Below are positions 60,614 through 64,000 of a stretch of 64,000 nucleotides of DNA, one piece after another. A program made the translations under genes and the position numbers. This DNA comes from Lachnospirales bacterium. Lineage in GTDB: Bacteria > Bacillota > Clostridia > Lachnospirales > CAMZNU01. Numbering within the stretch: position 1 is the stretch's first letter; the number at the start of each line of letters is the position of its first letter. The stretch lies in NCBI GenBank assembly GCA_047974375.1, contig JBKECF010000052.1, positions 61,694-125,693 of the forward strand, in the 5' to 3' direction. The notes beneath the pieces were generated by a model, which was given only the letters and a program-made list of their open reading frames with translations, was not told the DNA's origin and searched no databases.

Positions 60614-61849
60614 ATGCAAAGTAAGAGTAAGTCAATGAGAAAAATTATTTTATTTCTAATACTTGGTATATGTGTGTTAACACTGGATTTTTTAAATATA
60701 GCTCAAAATCCACTGTCTATTTATCACATAAATCAAGGCTTAGATCTAAAAGGTGGAGTAACAATTATTTATGAAGCTGACCTAGAAAATCCAACAAGCG
60801 ATGATATGAGTGCGGCTCTTTCCCTTATGAGAAGAAGACTTGATGATCAAGGTTATACAGAAGCGGATGTTTTTCTTGTTGGTGATAGACGTATACAAGT
60901 TGATATTCCGGGTGTTGAAAACTCAGAAGAGGCAATTGCCACAATTGGTGCGACTGCACAGCTTATGTTTTTAGATGAAAGTTTTCAAGTTTTGTTAACT
61001 GGTAGCGATGTTGCAAATGCAGGAAAAAGCGTTAATGGCCAAACGGGCCAAATAGACATTTCCCTTGAGTTCACAAAAGAGGGTGGTGAAAAATTTGCCA
61101 AGGCGACAGCTGAAAATATAGGCAAAGCAATTTACATTGTTTTAGATGATACTATGCTAAGTAATGCAACGGTTAATGAAGCAATACCAAATGGTAAAGC
61201 TGTTATATCTGGGGACTTCACTGCACAAGAGGCTGAAAATATAGCATCACTTATTCGCTCAGGCTCATTGCCTTTTGCTTTAAATACTATTAGCGTTGAA
61301 AATAAAGGTGCAAAACTAGGTGCAGAAGCCTTAACAACAAGTGTTTTTGCCGGAGCAATTGGTATTGCCCTAGTACTACTATTCATGTTGCTAGTATATA
61401 AAACTTTTGGTTTAGTAGCAGATATAGCTTTATTGATTTACATCGGAGTAGACTTATTATTACTAAATGTATTTAATATAACACTTACTTTACCGGGCAT
61501 AGCTGGTATTATACTGTCTGTTGGTATGGCTGTAGATGCGAACGTAATAATTTTCGAAAGGATTAAAGAGGAACTGGTTAGTGGTAAAACATTAAGATTT
61601 TCTATAAAATCTGGTTTTGAACGTGCTTCTTCTGCAATTATCGATGGTAATATAACTACATTAATTGCAGCTGTTGTACTACTTTTATTAGGTACAGGTA
61701 CAATTAAGGGATTTGCCACAACTCTAAGTATTGGTATTATTTTGTCAATGTTTACAGCGCTAGTTATTACAAGAATTCTTTTAAATTCATTGATCGGTAT
61801 GGGAATGACAGATAAAAAGTTTTACGGAATTAAAGAGGAGGTAAAATAA
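60614..61849 (+). CDS. secD: Protein translocase subunit SecD
   Basis: GLDLKGG, periplasmic domain, and C-terminal six-TM block with GIILSVGMAVDANVIIFERIKEE. Confidence 0.93.
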   Translation: MQSKSKSMRKIILFLILGICVLTLDFLNIAQNPLSIYHINQGLDLKGGVTIIYEADLENPTSDDMSAALSLMRRRLDDQGYTEADVFLVGDRRIQVDIPGVENSEEAIATIGATAQLMFLDESFQVLLTGSDVANAGKSVNGQTGQIDISLEFTKEGGEKFAKATAENIGKAIYIVLDDTMLSNATVNEAIPNGKAVISGDFTAQEAENIASLIRSGSLPFALNTISVENKGAKLGAEALTTSVFAGAIGIALVLLFMLLVYKTFGLVADIALLIYIGVDLLLLNVFNITLTLPGIAGIILSVGMAVDANVIIFERIKEELVSGKTLRFSIKSGFERASSAIIDGNITTLIAAVVLLLLGTGTIKGFATTLSIGIILSMFTALVITRILLNSLIGMGMTDKKFYGIKEEVK

Positions 61850-63051
61850 TGAAAATTATAAGACATAGAAAGAAGTTTTTTATTGCCTCTTTAGGTATAA
61901 TAATTATTGGTATTGTAGTTATGTTAGCCAATTTAGCTAGGGGTGTTGGTTTATTTAATTATGATGTTGAATTTGCTGGAGGGGTGTCTATTACTTTGGA
62001 TGTGGGTCAAGACTTTGAAGTGACCGACATCGAAAAAATAATTGCTGATACAACTGAGGATACTAGTCCTCAAATTCAGAAAATTATATCAGAGCCAAGT
62101 GATGAATATCTTAAATACTTAGAAAATCCAGAAGCTTTTATAGTTGAAGAAGAACCTACGGAAGAAATAGCAAATGAAGAAGCAGCTAATGAAACAACAG
62201 ATGAATCGACTGAAGAAGTAGTTGACGAAACTCAAGATAATAGTTCAATTCCTAGTGAAGAACCTTCAGAGGAGGTAACTGAAAATACAGATGCGATAGA
62301 AACCGAGGCAACTGTAGATGAAAGTGGAGCAGTAGAAATAGATCCAACAGCAACAGAAGAAGAGGCTAAACCTAAAATCGTAAAACCTGTTTCTCCATAT
62401 CGTGTATCTATTAAAATAAAGGAAATAGATAATGAAAAAAGGCAGGCTTTAGTTGCTGGCTTAACAGAAAAATATGAATTAACTTCTAATGATATAGAAA
62501 TGTCATATGTTAGTGGCACAATAAGTTCCGAAATGAGAACAAGTGCGGCTCTTGCAATGATATTAGCCAGTGTTCTAATGTTACTTTATGTTTCATTTAG
62601 ATTTAGTGATTTATCTATGGGTGCTAGTGCAATCATTGCCTTAGTACATGATGCTATTATGGTAATACTTGTATATGGCATATTTAGATTACCATTAAAC
62701 TATTACTTTATTGTTGCTGTGCTTACTATTCTTGGTTATTCCATTAACTCAACAATAGTTATATTTGATAGAGTACGTGAGAATAAAGGATTAAAGAAAC
62801 TTGGGCAAGATGAATTGATTGATTTAAGTGTGTCACAATCATTAAGACGTTCATTGTTTACGTCTATAACTACTTTACTTCCTATTATTTGCTTGCTTAT
62901 ATTTGGTGTTACGTCCATAAGAGAGTTTGCTATACCTTTGGCAGTTGGTATTTTAGTCGGTACTTATTCATCAGTATGTTTATCTGGTTCAATATGGTAT
63001 ACCATTAGTGAAGCAAAAAAGAAAAAAAGAAATACAACAAAAAAGAAATAA
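61849..63051 (+). CDS. secF: Protein translocase subunit SecF with ~100-aa acidic insertion in the periplasmic loop
   Basis: DVEFAGG start of the P-loop domain and C-terminal TM block GYSINSTIVIFDRVREN. An E/T/D-rich low-complexity insert lies at about aa 60-185. Confidence 0.9.
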   Translation: MKIIRHRKKFFIASLGIIIIGIVVMLANLARGVGLFNYDVEFAGGVSITLDVGQDFEVTDIEKIIADTTEDTSPQIQKIISEPSDEYLKYLENPEAFIVEEEPTEEIANEEAANETTDESTEEVVDETQDNSSIPSEEPSEEVTENTDAIETEATVDESGAVEIDPTATEEEAKPKIVKPVSPYRVSIKIKEIDNEKRQALVAGLTEKYELTSNDIEMSYVSGTISSEMRTSAALAMILASVLMLLYVSFRFSDLSMGASAIIALVHDAIMVILVYGIFRLPLNYYFIVAVLTILGYSINSTIVIFDRVRENKGLKKLGQDELIDLSVSQSLRRSLFTSITTLLPIICLLIFGVTSIREFAIPLAVGILVGTYSSVCLSGSIWYTISEAKKKKRNTTKKK

Positions 63052-63083
63052 TTCTACTAAAAGTGGTTAGTATATTAAATATC

Positions 63084-63133
63084 AGCTATAATAATTTACA
63101 TTGGTACACGGTAAATTATTATAGCTATTTTTT
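63084..63133 (+). terminator. Rho-independent terminator of secDF
   Basis: agctataataatttac / gtaaattattatagct + tttttt. Confidence 0.8.
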
Positions 63134-63146
63134 GTAAAGGTGAATT

Positions 63147-63854
63147 ATGAAAAAAGAAAGTGATATGTATATTCCTGTAAAGAAATATTTTCAAAAGCAA
63201 GGTTACGAAATTCACGGAGAAGTTTTGGATTGTGATATGACGGCTACAAAAGATGATGAACTTATTATTATAGAATTTAAATTAAGTTTTAATGTTACTC
63301 TAATATTTCAAGGTATAGATAGACAAAAATATACAAATCTAGTTTACTTATGTATACCGAAGCCAGAAGGGAAAAGACTAGTTGGTTATAGAAAGTTACA
63401 AAAAATAAAAAAAGTCTGTACACCATTAGGATTTGGTCTAATTACTTATGATGTTAAAAATAAAGAAATAATTGTACACAATAAACCGAATTTTAAAGAG
63501 CCTACAAAAAAATTTTACTTCGATAAAATTATGAAAGAAATTAATGGTAGAACAATGGATTTAAATACTGGTGGAACAACTGGAGTTAAAATAAACACTG
63601 CTTATAAAGAATTAAGATTTACCTTGATCTTTCTACTGGAAAGAGATGGTATGTCTACAGCGAAAGTATTACGGAATAAGTACGACTTACCTAATAACAC
63701 CTATAGAGTGCTTAGGAATAATATTGGTGAATTTTTTACTAAGGAAAGTGAACGAGGTTATTTTAGCGTTAGTAAAATCGGAAAAAATGAATTAAGAAAA
63801 AGTGAAAATAAAACATTATATGAAATTATTAAGGAAAAGTATAGTTTTAAGTAA
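63147..63854 (+). CDS. Conserved hypothetical protein; N-terminal PD-(D/E)xK-like nuclease fold motif plus C-terminal wHTH-like region (tentative)
   Basis: The E..(x)..D(28)..E(43)-F-K(45) arrangement (GEVLDCDM...IIIEFKLS) resembles restriction-endonuclease-like cores. The C-terminal part is basic and helical. Confidence 0.5.
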   Translation: MKKESDMYIPVKKYFQKQGYEIHGEVLDCDMTATKDDELIIIEFKLSFNVTLIFQGIDRQKYTNLVYLCIPKPEGKRLVGYRKLQKIKKVCTPLGFGLITYDVKNKEIIVHNKPNFKEPTKKFYFDKIMKEINGRTMDLNTGGTTGVKINTAYKELRFTLIFLLERDGMSTAKVLRNKYDLPNNTYRVLRNNIGEFFTKESERGYFSVSKIGKNELRKSENKTLYEIIKEKYSFK

Positions 63855-63929
63855 GTTTTTATTGTAAGATATAGAGAAGTCCATAGATTTCGTATGGATA
63901 TGAATTTTTTTTATAAGGAGATTAAAATT

Positions 63930-64000
63930 TTGAAACAGAAAAATTCAAGCAACATCGATTTCCAGCTTATTTTTAAACTTGTAGCTGTAGCATTAACATT
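63930..64000 (+). CDS. Start of an unidentified gene (TTG start, hydrophobic N-terminus), truncated by the window end
   Basis: AAGGAG lies 8 nt upstream of the TTG, and the frame LKQKNSSNIDFQLIFKLVAVALT is open to the window end. Confidence 0.3.
   Translation, partial: MKQKNSSNIDFQLIFKLVAVALT

Overview
Visibly AT-rich Firmicutes chromosomal segment, Clostridia/Tissierellia-like by gene content, with about 55 protein genes that are almost all housekeeping. Recognised genes: gyrA (5' end outside the window), recJ-apt plus a Prs paralog, ychF, rnc-acpP, anaerobic sulfite reductase asrABC, and a BMP-type (nucleoside-like) ABC importer. Also thrC-thrB-hom, cls, gap, icd plus citrate synthase, queG-recU-murC, pth-mfd, uvrBA, the SCIFF ranthipeptide pair (46-aa precursor missed by the ORF track, plus rSAM/SPASM maturase) and secDF. 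I saw no rRNA, tRNA or CRISPR array. I did not find a convincing new multi-gene protein system. The signal I cannot explain is non-coding and sits in two decayed or accessory patches, about 20.8-27.1 kb and 51.6-53.9 kb. (1) A ~110-nt GC-rich, hairpin-forming element lies in the leader of the BMP operon. A second near-full copy lies in opposite orientation at 51.8 kb, and a 14-nt fragment sits upstream of a pseudogene at 26.97 kb. (2) A tandem CCTTGG/GCCTTGC motif block follows the nitroreductase gene. (3) An rve-type (IS481-like) IS has a transposase broken by a 64-nt copy of its own 3' region and carries ~290 nt of unexplained internal non-coding DNA. A 131-bp solo miniature derivative of this IS sits upstream of queG. 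(4) Gene remnants (nucleoside hydrolase, class IV aminotransferase) follow the ABC operon. All family names come from motif recognition by eye; no database search was run.
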